NCBI GenBank assembly: GCA_002898315.1
Contig: BEHV01000004.1
Coordinates: 78,383 to 142,382 of the forward strand
Source of the DNA: a bacterium HR19
GTDB taxonomy: Bacteria; Calescibacteriota; Calescibacteriia; Calescibacteriales; Calescibacteriaceae
Direction: 5' to 3'
Length of the DNA stretch: 64,000 nt
Of this stretch, positions 1-9,720 are shown piece by piece. The notes beneath the pieces are model-generated. The model was not told the origin of the DNA. It was given only the letters and a program-made list of their open reading frames with translations, and ran no database searches. The position numbers were made by a program, and so were the translations under genes. The stretch's first letter is position 1. Every line of letters starts with the position of its first letter.

Positions 1-700
1 TCAACCTGCCGAAAATGTGAGCAAAAGGAAGCCACGCGAAAATTACATCATCTTCCATCGGATATATAACCTGTGATACAGAATGAACCATAGAAAGAAT
101 ATTTCCATAAGTCAGCATGACTCCTTTTGGGACTCCTGTGGTTCCAGATGTATAAACTATTGTTGCTACATCGTCAAGCCCGAGAATATCTATATCTATA
201 TTGTGCCTGAAAGGTTCTCCTGATTTTTCAAACTCATCTAATGTGATAACGCTTTCGGTTTTTTCGGTATCATCGTGATCAAAAACAATCACATGTTCTA
301 CTCCGCCGAGTTCAACACCCTTTAAGTTTTTCAATCTTTCAACGAAAATGACTTTGCATTCCGAATCCTTCAAGATAAAAGATATAGTTTCAGGAGATAT
401 ATTTGGGTATATAGGAACGGTCACACAGCCGGCGGTTTGTATAGCGAGGTCGCAAAGAGTCCATTCACTCCTTGTCTGTGAAAGTATAGCGACCTTATCC
501 TGCTTTTTAAGTCCGAGTTTCAATAAGGCAGCAGATATACTCAGAACCTTATGAGCGGATTCTTTAAATGTCCTTTTGAACCATGAGCCATTATGTTTGA
601 ATATCTCAAAAGTTTTTTCTGATTTTGCTCTTGCTCTCTTTAAAAACGCCTCAGGTAAGCTCCTGAAAGGAAGTTGAGGATACTCTCTTTTTACCACCAC
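1..700 (-). CDS. long-chain fatty-acid--CoA ligase (AMP-forming), N-terminal part. The gene runs off the window start, so the C-terminus is missing. Probable GTG start near 695-700.
   Basis: Minus-strand translation reads MVKREYPQLPFRSLPEAFLKRARAKSEKTFEIFKHNGSWFKRTFKESAHKV...KVAILSQTRSEWTLCDLAIQTAGCVTVPIYP...TIVYTSGTTGVPKGVMLTYGNI. These are the AMP-binding motif TSGTTGxPKG and a typical FadD N-terminus. It is absent from the ORF track because there is no ATG and it is truncated at the edge. Confidence 0.7.
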   Translation of the reverse strand, partial: MVVKREYPQLPFRSLPEAFLKRARAKSEKTFEIFKHNGSWFKRTFKESAHKVLSISAALLKLGLKKQDKVAILSQTRSEWTLCDLAIQTAGCVTVPIYPNISPETISFILKDSECKVIFVERLKNLKGVELGGVEHVIVFDHDDTEKTESVITLDEFEKSGEPFRHNIDIDILGLDDVATIVYTSGTTGVPKGVMLTYGNILSMVHSVSQVIYPMEDDVIFAWLPFAHIFGRL

Positions 701-780
701 TGAATGAAGTAAATTAATATATTTCAGGAAAGATTTTCAATTTTAGCAAAAATTATACAATAAAACGTCAAAAATTAAGT

Positions 781-1962
781 TTATAAGTACCCGTATTGTT
801 TCATAAGACGCTTGAAGATAACTCTGCGTTGAATTTCATTTGTTCCCTCACCTATTTCCCCGAGTTTCACATCTCTATACAATCTTTCAACTTTTGTTCC
901 TTTTATGTATCCGAGACCTCCGAAGATTTGAAGAGCATCTGAGGCATTTTTCGTAGCGCGTTCGGCGACAAAAAGTTTCGCACACGATGCAAGAAGTCCC
1001 GCATCTTCAAGACCCATATCATGCATCCACGCGGATTTGAGAATAATAGACCTTCCCATATCAACTGTAATCTGCATATCAACTATTTTGAAATTGACTT
1101 CCTCATAAGCAGCGATTGGTTTTCCAAAAGCATAACGTTCTTTTGAATACCTTATACATTCTTCAAGACAAGCTGACACTATTCCGAGAGAGAAGACAGC
1201 GAGTCCGACCCTGCCTATGTCAAAAACTCTCATAACCTGCTTGAATCCATCTCCCTCTACTCCACCCACTATGTTTTCTGCTAAAACCTCAACTCCGTCT
1301 AAATATAAATCAGAAGTAGGCGAACCTCTCACTCCAAGTTTATCGTAAGGATTTCCGACCGAAAGCCCTCTGCTATCTCTTTCCACTATAAAAGCTGTTA
1401 TTCCTTCGTGCTTTTTTGAATTAGAGTTATCTACTGGAACTCTCGCAAGGACGATAAATAAATCGGCAATCGGACCGTTTGTCACATACGCTTTTGTACC
1501 TGACAGAACATATTTTCCGCCTTTTATTCTTTCAGCTTTTGTTTTGAGAGCTCCGAGGTCTGAACCACAACTTGGCTCGGTCGCACATAAAGCACCTATT
1601 TTTCTTCCCTTAGCGAGGTCGGGGAGATACTTTCTTTTTTGCTCTTCTGTACCAAACATTGCTATAAAGTTCGCACAAAGGAGAGTGTGAGCAAGAGCAG
1701 AAAGATGAGTTGATGCGCATGCTTTCGCAAGATATTCAGACATAGTAAAGTAAGCAGTCCACCTCATTCCTCCACCTCCATACTTTTCTGGAAGAGGGGC
1801 TCCAAGATAACCGAACTGAGCAAGAATGTTCAAGTTATCTTTTATAAGCTCAAGCGACGGGTTTCTGTCAAGCTGTTCTGCTCTTGGTTCTATTCTCTCC
1901 CTACACAACTTTTCAAACTCAGAAAATACAGATTTCTCCTCTTCGCTCCAAGTGAAATCCAT
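781..1962 (-). CDS. acyl-CoA dehydrogenase
   Basis: 393 aa. Carries typical ACAD blocks: GALCATEPSCGSDLGALKTKA, YVLSGTKAYVTNG, and C-terminal GGLGYIKGTKVERLYRDVKLGEIGEGTNEIQR. Confidence 0.9.
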   Translation of the reverse strand: MDFTWSEEEKSVFSEFEKLCRERIEPRAEQLDRNPSLELIKDNLNILAQFGYLGAPLPEKYGGGGMRWTAYFTMSEYLAKACASTHLSALAHTLLCANFIAMFGTEEQKRKYLPDLAKGRKIGALCATEPSCGSDLGALKTKAERIKGGKYVLSGTKAYVTNGPIADLFIVLARVPVDNSNSKKHEGITAFIVERDSRGLSVGNPYDKLGVRGSPTSDLYLDGVEVLAENIVGGVEGDGFKQVMRVFDIGRVGLAVFSLGIVSACLEECIRYSKERYAFGKPIAAYEEVNFKIVDMQITVDMGRSIILKSAWMHDMGLEDAGLLASCAKLFVAERATKNASDALQIFGGLGYIKGTKVERLYRDVKLGEIGEGTNEIQRRVIFKRLMKQYGYL

Positions 1963-2026
1963 AACAAGATAAAAAATTAAAATATATTATTGCTGTTTAT
2001 ATTTTTCAGAATTTTTGAACGTTCGG

Positions 2027-2575
2027 TCAAGAAAGAGATACTGTTTTTCTGCCTTTTTCCATAACATAAAGAGAGAAAATTATTCCTAAAAATACACCGA
2101 AGAAATTCATTCCGACATCTTTCCATTCAAAGTATCTTCTCAAATGCGGGAAAATGTTTTGAACCTGCAAGACCCCCTGAATAAGTTCATCAGAGAAACC
2201 CACAATCGCACCACCAGAAAAAGCTAAAAAATATCTCATTCTTTCTCTTTGAAACGCCTTTGAAAGAATAAATCCCAAAAAACCATATTCAATAAAGTGA
2301 ATTCTTTCAGCAGGAATCTCCATAAGGAGAACTATTGAAAGACCTGTAAATAGGAGGAATAACATCCAGAACTTACCCCTTGTGTTAAGTTCAAAAAATC
2401 TTACGATGAAAAATATGTAAAAAAGTGAGATAATAATCACTCCTGAAACAAATAAAGAGTAGCTCTTTCCGAAAACTTTTCTTATCTCATCTACAACAAA
2501 AGGAGCAAGAGGGATTGTAAGGAAAATCAAAAAAACATAGCAAATTATCATAAACCATAGCTTTCTTTCACTCAT
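2027..2575 (-). CDS. VanZ-like integral membrane protein
   Basis: 182 aa with 4-5 hydrophobic helices. The ERIHFIEYGFLGFIL motif resembles the VanZ family. Confidence 0.45.
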   Translation of the reverse strand: MSERKLWFMIICYVFLIFLTIPLAPFVVDEIRKVFGKSYSLFVSGVIIISLFYIFFIVRFFELNTRGKFWMLFLLFTGLSIVLLMEIPAERIHFIEYGFLGFILSKAFQRERMRYFLAFSGGAIVGFSDELIQGVLQVQNIFPHLRRYFEWKDVGMNFFGVFLGIIFSLYVMEKGRKTVSLS

Positions 2576-2639
2576 TTTATCAAAAAAGAACTTTTAATCT
2601 ATTCATAAGAATTTTGCAATTTACTTTCAAACTTGTGGT

Positions 2640-3869
2640 TTATCTGTTGTCAGGAAGCAAAGAATCAACAACTGACCTAATATCTTGTGAAAACTTGTGG
2701 AAAGAAAAAATTTTTTCAAATCTTTCTCTCATCTTGATGGAAATCTCACGATATAAATCTTTATCTTGTATAAGTTGCCTCAAAGTTTGCACCGCTCGGG
2801 ATAATAAATCTTTTTCTCTCTCCTCGTATTTTTCCGATAAATTTGAGTTTGATTTAATGATGAGGGTTTCTTCTCCAATTGTTTCAGGAAGGGCACCGTA
2901 CCCCAGCGCAATAACAGGAACACCACAAGCCATAGATTCTATTGCTACAAGAGAACTTGTCTCAACAAGCGAAGGTATAAAAACAATATCCACAGAAGAA
3001 TATACTTCTTCAATCTTCTTAAAACCCATGAAATTTATGTAATCAGCTACTCCGAGGTCGTGAGATAATTTTTCTATTCTTTTCTTATATAATTTATCTT
3101 CATCTCCGAAAAAAAGCAGTCGGACATTTTCTCCTGATTTTCTGAGTTCCGAAATAACCTTCACAGCAAATATTTGGTTTTTATTTTGCGAAACCTTACC
3201 TATAACTCCTAATAAAAACTGATTATCTCCTTTCAATTTCTTCTGCCTGCCAAAAAGAGCTTTGATCCTTTTAGAGTAAATCTTTTTCAAGATATTCTCT
3301 CTCTCCTCATCAATGGAGTTATAAACAACTTTAATTTTTTCTGGATTCTTATTTTCAAAGTGCTTCGCTACAAAGTTTGATACACATACGATCTTTTCTG
3401 ACATATTGTAAGCTAAATCGTAAATTTTCTTTGAAGGGAAAAATAAATTAGGGTCCTCCCATACCTCATGGATATGCCACACATGCTTTTTTTTCAAGAT
3501 AAGAGAAGCAAAAGCACCAACTGGATTAACTATTGAGTTAGACCAAACAATGTCAAAATCTTTCAAGAACCTCAGAGCAATTCCTACCGAAAATGGCAGA
3601 AAAGAAAAAGACAAAGTGAGAAATAAAAATGGGTTTTTCAATATATCAGGAGAAGAAGAGGAGAAGAAAGGTATTCTGGGGGCAACCCACCAGCTCATAG
3701 GAATAAATCTGGTTCTGACACCCAGAGTATCAAGCTTTTCTTTCAGCGCTCCGTTTTTAGGCAAGAACACCTCAACATAAAAATCTTTTTTGAAAACCTT
3801 TGCAAGAAGAAAAGATATATATTCTGCTCCGTGCAAACCAGAAGCGTGAGATAAAATGGCTACCTTCAT
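2640..3869 (-). CDS. glycosyltransferase, GT-B fold (family 4/GT1-like)
   Basis: 409 aa. C-terminal block ETSSLVAIESMACGVPVIALGYGALPETIG is the E-x7-E-type motif of retaining GT4 enzymes. Confidence 0.8.
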   Translation of the reverse strand: MKVAILSHASGLHGAEYISFLLAKVFKKDFYVEVFLPKNGALKEKLDTLGVRTRFIPMSWWVAPRIPFFSSSSPDILKNPFLFLTLSFSFLPFSVGIALRFLKDFDIVWSNSIVNPVGAFASLILKKKHVWHIHEVWEDPNLFFPSKKIYDLAYNMSEKIVCVSNFVAKHFENKNPEKIKVVYNSIDEERENILKKIYSKRIKALFGRQKKLKGDNQFLLGVIGKVSQNKNQIFAVKVISELRKSGENVRLLFFGDEDKLYKKRIEKLSHDLGVADYINFMGFKKIEEVYSSVDIVFIPSLVETSSLVAIESMACGVPVIALGYGALPETIGEETLIIKSNSNLSEKYEEREKDLLSRAVQTLRQLIQDKDLYREISIKMRERFEKIFSFHKFSQDIRSVVDSLLPDNR

Positions 3870-3947
3870 AAATCCAAAAACAACCTATAAATTAAAATTT
3901 ACAGAAAAATAAATGTGTAGGGTTGAATAAATTAAACTTTGTAAGAT

Positions 3948-4211
3948 ATGGCAGAACAAACCGAGGTAAATCCTTCTCCGAAAGCAGATGTGTTTTTAGA
4001 CCTCAAAGGAACTCCCTGCCCTCTCAACTATGTGAAAGCTAAAATAAAATTAGAGGAAATGGAAAAAGGTCAGATTTTAGAGGTAATACTAGACGATGGC
4101 GAACCCATAAGGAATGTTCCTCTATCTCTAAAACAAGATGGGCAGGAGATACTTATACAGGAAAAAATAGATGAAAAACACTGGAGAGTTCTTGTGAGAA
4201 AAATAAAGTAG
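3948..4211 (+). CDS. TusA/SirA-like small sulfur-carrier-family protein. It has CPLN where the canonical CPxP sits.
   Basis: 87 aa. LDLKGTPCPLNYVKAK resembles the TusA LD.RGL.CP.P motif. The second Pro is missing. Confidence 0.45.
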   Translation: MAEQTEVNPSPKADVFLDLKGTPCPLNYVKAKIKLEEMEKGQILEVILDDGEPIRNVPLSLKQDGQEILIQEKIDEKHWRVLVRKIK

Positions 4212-4326
4212 AGCAAGGTGTTCTCGTAAAACTCTGATAGTAGAGATTTCAGAAATCAGCATTCAAGCATTCGGCTGAAATTCAAAGTTTGCAAAAAAGA
4301 GCGAAAGAAAAATCTAAAAAATTAAA

Positions 4327-5133
4327 TTGAAAGTAATAATGAAAAAAGAGCTGAAATTTGCTTCAAATTTTTTAACATCTTTGAATTTGTTTTGTGGATT
4401 TACTTCAATTTTGCTCAGCTTTGAAGGGAAATTCAACTTTGCGTTTTATTTCATTTTTCTTGGTCTTATATTTGATATGGCAGATGGCAGGATAGCGAGG
4501 GCTCTTGGAATATCATCAAGGTTTGGACTTGAATTTGATTCGCTCGCTGACCTCACAACATTCGGCATAGCTCCATCTGCAATAGTATATAATATGTTCT
4601 TGAAAGAATTTGAATTTGGAAAAATAATTTCTTTTTTGCCGGTTCTTTCTGTTGCGATACGGCTTGCGAGATTTAATGTGAATTCTGAGACAAAAGCGAA
4701 AGAGTATTTTGAAGGACTTTCATCTCCACTTGGCGCATTCCTCATAATTTCACTTTCATTTATTTTCAAAGATGCTATTGTTCTGAACACAAAGATAACA
4801 AAAATCTTGTTTTTTCTATTGATTTTTTCTATATCGGTATTGCAGGTTAGCACCATAAAGTTCAGGTCTTTCAAAGAAGTAAAGACATCAAAGGTTATTC
4901 CTTATTTTCTCTTTCTTCCACCTGTACTTTTATGGCTACTTTTTTTCAAGCAGAAAATTTTCTTCATTATATCTATCTTTGGAATAACTTGCTATATTAT
5001 TTATAATATCATTTTTGAGAATTTGAGGTATGGAAAAGGTATATATATTCGACACGACTTTGAGAGACGGAGAGCAAGCACCGGGCTTCTCAATGACAAT
5101 AGAAGAGAAGATCAAGATGGCTCAGGCACTTGA
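4327..5133 (+). CDS. CDP-alcohol phosphatidyltransferase (phosphatidylserine synthase-like). The 3' end overlaps leuA by ~100 nt.
   Basis: DMADGRIARALGISSRFGLEFDSLAD matches the D-x2-DG-x2-AR...G-x3-D-x3-D signature. Multiple TM helices. Confidence 0.8.
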   Translation: MKVIMKKELKFASNFLTSLNLFCGFTSILLSFEGKFNFAFYFIFLGLIFDMADGRIARALGISSRFGLEFDSLADLTTFGIAPSAIVYNMFLKEFEFGKIISFLPVLSVAIRLARFNVNSETKAKEYFEGLSSPLGAFLIISLSFIFKDAIVLNTKITKILFFLLIFSISVLQVSTIKFRSFKEVKTSKVIPYFLFLPPVLLWLLFFKQKIFFIISIFGITCYIIYNIIFENLRYGKGIYIRHDFERRRASTGLLNDNRREDQDGSGT

Positions 5134-6586
5134 GAAACTCGGAGTAGACATAATAGAAGCTGGCTTCCCCATAACATCAGAAGGCGACTTTGAGGCAGTA
5201 AGAGAAATATCAAAAAGGATAGAAAGAGCGACAATATGCGCACTTGCAAGATGTGAGGAAGTTGATATAGAAAGAGCAGCGGAAGCACTTGCATACGCAA
5301 GAAGAAAAAGAATCCATGTCTTCATAGCAACAAGCGAAATACACATGAAATATAAACTCAGATTAACCGAAGAGCAAGTCCTTGAAAAAGCGATAAAAGC
5401 GGTAAGATTGGCAAAAAGATATGCAGATGAAGTTGAGTTCTCCGCAGAAGACGCAACAAGGTCTGACCCCGAATTCCTCATAAAAGTGTTCAAAGAGGTG
5501 GTAAAAGAGGGAGCAGATGTCATAAATATACCCGACACGGTTGGCTACACATTACCCTTTGAGTTCTATGAACTTGTAAAAAGAGTAAAAGAAGAGATTT
5601 CAAAAGTAGGGAGACCAATAATTTCTGTCCACTGCCACAATGACCTTGGACTTGCAACAGCAAACACACTCGCAGGAGTGCTAGCAGGAGCGAGGCAGTG
5701 CGAAGTGGCTCTCAACAGCATAGGAGAAAGAGCAGGAAACACTTCTCTTGAAGAAGTTGTCATGGCGATAAAAACAAGAAAAGATTTCTTCAAAATCGTC
5801 TATACAGATATAAACACAAAGGAAATTTATCCCGCATCAAGATTGCTCTCAAAGATAACAGGAGTTCAGGTCCCACCGAATAAAGCTATTGTCGGTCAGA
5901 ACGCGTTTGCTCACGAAGCTGGAATCCATCAAGATGGAGTTCTCAAAAACCCGCTCACCTATGAGATAATGAGACCAGAAGATGTAGGATTCCCAAGCTC
6001 ACAAATAATTATAGGTAAGCACTCGGGAAGACACGCCCTCGCAAAAAAACTGGCAGAACTCGGATATGAACTATCACAAGAAGAACTGAAAGCGGTATAT
6101 CAGAAAGTCAAAGAACTTGCAGACAAGAAAAAAAGAGTATATGACGAAGATATAGAAGCTATTGTTTTTGAAGAAATACTCAAAACCAAAAAAGAAGATA
6201 GATACGAGCTTGTATCGGTAAATTTTGCAGCAGGAACAGATATAATTCCTTCGGCAACTGTGATCATAAAAGATAGCGGAAAAACCCTGAAAGCTTCTGC
6301 AACAGGAGATGGTCCAGTAGATGCGGTATATAAAGCAATTCAAAACTGCCTTGATATACACCCGGAACTTATAGATTATTCTGTGAAGTCAATTTCAGGA
6401 GGAACCGACGCACAGGGAGAAGTTTCTGTTGTTCTGAAAGTAGGAGATATCTCCGCAAGCGGAACCGGGATAAGCACAGATATAGTTGTAGCATCGGCAA
6501 AAGCTTTTCTCTCTGCAATAAACAGAATAGAAAAAGCATCTAGAATAAAAAGACATCTTTCACTTAAAGAATCACGAGCTCTCTAA
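5030..6586 (+). CDS. leuA: 2-isopropylmalate synthase / citramalate synthase family (LeuA/CimA)
   Basis: 518 aa. N-terminus IFDTTLRDGEQAPGF, HCHNDLGLATANTLAGV, and a C-terminal LeuA-type regulatory domain. Confidence 0.9.
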   Translation: MEKVYIFDTTLRDGEQAPGFSMTIEEKIKMAQALEKLGVDIIEAGFPITSEGDFEAVREISKRIERATICALARCEEVDIERAAEALAYARRKRIHVFIATSEIHMKYKLRLTEEQVLEKAIKAVRLAKRYADEVEFSAEDATRSDPEFLIKVFKEVVKEGADVINIPDTVGYTLPFEFYELVKRVKEEISKVGRPIISVHCHNDLGLATANTLAGVLAGARQCEVALNSIGERAGNTSLEEVVMAIKTRKDFFKIVYTDINTKEIYPASRLLSKITGVQVPPNKAIVGQNAFAHEAGIHQDGVLKNPLTYEIMRPEDVGFPSSQIIIGKHSGRHALAKKLAELGYELSQEELKAVYQKVKELADKKKRVYDEDIEAIVFEEILKTKKEDRYELVSVNFAAGTDIIPSATVIIKDSGKTLKASATGDGPVDAVYKAIQNCLDIHPELIDYSVKSISGGTDAQGEVSVVLKVGDISASGTGISTDIVVASAKAFLSAINRIEKASRIKRHLSLKESRAL

Positions 6587-6607
6587 AAATAAAACCTGTA
6601 TAAGCTT

Positions 6608-7123
6608 ATGAATAGAAAAAGCAAAGTTTTGATAATTGTTTTTTCCTTCCTTTCAGGAGCGATATTTTTCGGACTTTTCCTGCCGGGAGTTTTCAAATCC
6701 AAAAGGTTATTTGAGAGAACAACTCTGCTCGGAAAAACCCCTCCCGAATTTCTTCTGCGGGTAAACGGAGAAAAAATAAAACTTTCTGAAATAATTGAAA
6801 GAGAAAAAGACAAAGTCATCATTATAAACTTTTTTGCTTCATGGTGTACAGAATGCAGAGAAGAGAGAAAAAAACTTCTTGAACTCAGAGAAAAAGCGAA
6901 GGTTATAGGGGTTGTCTTTCAAGATACAGAGAAAAACATAAGAGATTACCTTGAAGAACTTAATCCTTACCACTTTGTATATTTTGATAGCGGAGAAGTC
7001 GCTCTTGATTACGGAATAACCGGAGTTCCAGAAACCTTTGTCGTAAAGGATGGAAAAATCATAAAAAAGTTCATAGGACCGATAGAAAAAGAAGAGATAG
7101 AAAAATTGATAAGCTCACAATAA
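6608..7123 (+). CDS. TlpA/ResA-like thiol:disulfide oxidoreductase, membrane-anchored thioredoxin fold
   Basis: N-terminal TM helix. FFASWCTECREE carries the WCxxC active site. Thioredoxin-like length. Confidence 0.8.
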   Translation: MNRKSKVLIIVFSFLSGAIFFGLFLPGVFKSKRLFERTTLLGKTPPEFLLRVNGEKIKLSEIIEREKDKVIIINFFASWCTECREERKKLLELREKAKVIGVVFQDTEKNIRDYLEELNPYHFVYFDSGEVALDYGITGVPETFVVKDGKIIKKFIGPIEKEEIEKLISSQ

Positions 7124-7159
7124 GCAAGATGAAAAAATTGTTTTTAAAATTTATCAGTA

Positions 7160-8206
7160 ATGGAAGAGGGATCAAAGAATTCAGAATACACAATACTGAC
7201 ACTGGAACAAATCAAAACTCTTCTTGAAGATAAAGATACTTCTCCAATAGCCGAACTTTATGGCAGAGGGAAACTAACAAAGTGCATGAGTTTGGGAGAG
7301 AAAGTATTACAAAAAGATATTCCTGAAAGCAAAAAGGAGCTAATAAGGAAAATAATTTCAAGGTGTAAAGAGCACTTGGAGAAAGATTTTGATAAAAAGA
7401 GTTTAATTCCGAAAATAAATAAACTCGCCGAACCAAAAGATTTAACACAAATATCAATAAGAGCTATATCAATGTATCTTACACTGACAAAATCACTTCT
7501 TGAACACCTTAAACTGCCCTACTCCTCGCATATGGCAGATAGCTGGCTCAGACACTGGGAATACTCAAATGCAATAATATTCTCACAGACCGAAAGCTGG
7601 ATGAGAATTCTTGATGCAGGAGGAACGGGAACAATTTTCTCATATCTCCTCGCTCTTTTGGGATGTCAAACTTACACCGTTGACATAGATGAAAGCAAAA
7701 TTAAATCTGCTATTTTCACCTCAGAAAAACTTGGACTAAAAAATATATTTCACCTGAAACAAGATATAAGACAGCTTGAATTTCCAGATAATTTTTTTGA
7801 TAGAGTTTTTTCAATATCTGTAATTGAACATCTAGAACCTGAAACGTTAGGAAAAGCAGTGAAAGAATTAGCAAGAGTACTGAAACCCGGAGGAATACTA
7901 ACCATCACTTTTGATTATGGAAATTACTACGGAGAAAAATTTACCCCGGGAAGTATTAAATCTCCTTCTGACCTAAAAAGAAGGATAATTGATGAATCAG
8001 GATTAGAGATTCTGTATAATCCATCTATAGAGGTAGAGGTAGAACTTCAGCCACTATTACCGTATGAATCAATGGAATATATCTTTGGAATCATAATACT
8101 GAAAAAACCCGGCGAAGAAAAAAGACCGGAAATTGTGGACCTGAGCTGGTTTGCAACAAAAAGAATTTTCGGAACAATAGATGGAACCGTAACCTTGAAA
8201 CTGTAG
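7160..8206 (+). CDS. class I SAM-dependent methyltransferase with an uncharacterised N-terminal domain
   Basis: ILDAGGTGTIF is motif I. VIEHLEP...VLKPGGILTITFDY is the typical Methyltransf_11 tail. Confidence 0.7.
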   Translation: MEEGSKNSEYTILTLEQIKTLLEDKDTSPIAELYGRGKLTKCMSLGEKVLQKDIPESKKELIRKIISRCKEHLEKDFDKKSLIPKINKLAEPKDLTQISIRAISMYLTLTKSLLEHLKLPYSSHMADSWLRHWEYSNAIIFSQTESWMRILDAGGTGTIFSYLLALLGCQTYTVDIDESKIKSAIFTSEKLGLKNIFHLKQDIRQLEFPDNFFDRVFSISVIEHLEPETLGKAVKELARVLKPGGILTITFDYGNYYGEKFTPGSIKSPSDLKRRIIDESGLEILYNPSIEVEVELQPLLPYESMEYIFGIIILKKPGEEKRPEIVDLSWFATKRIFGTIDGTVTLKL

Positions 8207-8270
8207 GAATATCATTTCTAATAAACCCGAAGGAGAAGCTCAATTCAAAAGAAAGGATATTTTTAACCAA

Positions 8271-9674
8271 TTATCCTCTTACGAGACCTGCGAGTTCAAC
8301 GAGCATAGCGTCTGAAACCGCTATAACACGAGAAGATGCTTGAAAGGCTCTCTGAAAAACAATCATATTTATGAACTCATTTGCAAGGTCAACATTGGAG
8401 TGTTCAAGCGACTTTGCAACAATCTTCCCTCTTCCACCAACAGTAGCTTTGTCTATCGCCGGCTGCCCGGAGCGAGGCGTCTCGGCAAAAAGAGTCCTTC
8501 CAACCCTCAAAAGTCCATCTTTATCTGTGAATTTAGCTATTGCGAGCTGAGCAAGAGGTCTTGAAACCCCATTAGAGTAAAAACCTATAATCGTTCCATC
8601 TTCTTCAACAGTGAATTTGAGAAGAGAACCAACGGTCTTCCCATCCTGTCTTACAAAGTTTGTTGAGAAAGGAGAAGCAAAGTGTGTAGTTCCATCAAGT
8701 CCAACCTCAACTCCTGGTTCTGGTACAGTCAGACCGAAATTAACCTCATCTAAGCTTGTTCCAAAGTTCAGCTCTATTGTCTGAGGTGAAGAAGATTGAC
8801 CATCTTGCCATGTGACCTCAAGGCGAAGCGCTTTTTCAAGAACTCCGTTTATCTTCTCAGCAGAAAGCTTTCCGTCTGTCGTGAATTCAAGAGTTCCTAC
8901 GACGGGATTTCCAAAAATATCTGGTGGTGGGAAGTTAATCGTCCCCCCTTCAACCTTTGCGAGAACCTGCCAGACATTTCTTGAATTAGGATCGGCAGGG
9001 TTTGCCTCCTGAATTTTTCTGAAAAACAAGTTTATCACTCTCGGAGTTCCCAGAGAATCATAAACCGTCACAGAAGTGTTAAACTGGTAGGTTGTCGGGT
9101 CATCTGGGTTAAAAAGAGGAAATGGCGGAGAAGGGATAACCTGCTGTCTTGAATCAAGGTTCAAACCGAAGTCAACTCTGCTGGTAGCTTTCGGAGGAGA
9201 GTCCACCTGAGGTATTTTTATATCTGTCATAGGACCGACTCTTCTTATTTGACCTGTTCTCTCATCTGTGACAACCTGCCATCCCTGAACTCGCAGTCCT
9301 TCTCTTCCATCAACGAGTTTATTGACCAAAAATCCGTCTTTATCTACTTCAAACTGTCCGTTTCTCGTATAAAAAATTCCGAAGCGGGGGACATCTTTCA
9401 CCACAAAGAACCCTTCGCCATCAATTGCCATATCTGTATCAACTCCTGTGAACTCCAAAGTTCCTTGGGTGTGAAGGACTCTGACTTCACCTATTATAGT
9501 TCCTCTTCCGAACTGCTCACCTATAAAGCCGGTCGGCAGTATATCTATGAATTCTGCCCTTGAGCCCTTGAAACCTATTGTATTTACATTTGCGATGTTA
9601 TCTGATACAACTTGGAGCGCCCTCATGTTTGACTGGACGCCCGTTCTACCAACAAACAAAGAAGGCATCGGCAT
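8271..9674 (-). CDS. flgE: flagellar hook protein FlgE
   Basis: N-terminus SLFVGRTGVQSNMRALQVVSDNIANVNTIGFK. C-terminus VDLANEFINMIVFQRAFQASSRVI. Both are the conserved flagellar rod/hook termini. Confidence 0.9.
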   Translation of the reverse strand: MPMPSLFVGRTGVQSNMRALQVVSDNIANVNTIGFKGSRAEFIDILPTGFIGEQFGRGTIIGEVRVLHTQGTLEFTGVDTDMAIDGEGFFVVKDVPRFGIFYTRNGQFEVDKDGFLVNKLVDGREGLRVQGWQVVTDERTGQIRRVGPMTDIKIPQVDSPPKATSRVDFGLNLDSRQQVIPSPPFPLFNPDDPTTYQFNTSVTVYDSLGTPRVINLFFRKIQEANPADPNSRNVWQVLAKVEGGTINFPPPDIFGNPVVGTLEFTTDGKLSAEKINGVLEKALRLEVTWQDGQSSSPQTIELNFGTSLDEVNFGLTVPEPGVEVGLDGTTHFASPFSTNFVRQDGKTVGSLLKFTVEEDGTIIGFYSNGVSRPLAQLAIAKFTDKDGLLRVGRTLFAETPRSGQPAIDKATVGGRGKIVAKSLEHSNVDLANEFINMIVFQRAFQASSRVIAVSDAMLVELAGLVRG

Positions 9675-9720
9675 AGCTAATTCACCTCCTTTCCGCTAAT
9701 ATTCAAAAAATCGCCAAAAA

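Noticed and set aside
2614-3042. 142-aa plus-strand ORF
   Set aside because: It lies entirely antisense within the glycosyltransferase CDS, with no motif and low-complexity composition. I read it as a spurious shadow ORF.
4446-4874. 142-aa minus-strand ORF
   Set aside because: It is antisense inside the CDP-alcohol phosphatidyltransferase gene. A shadow ORF.
5112-6361. Several minus-strand ORFs (5112-5300, 5122-5538, 5566-5793, 6074-6361)
   Set aside because: All lie antisense within leuA, which has strong motif support. Not genes.
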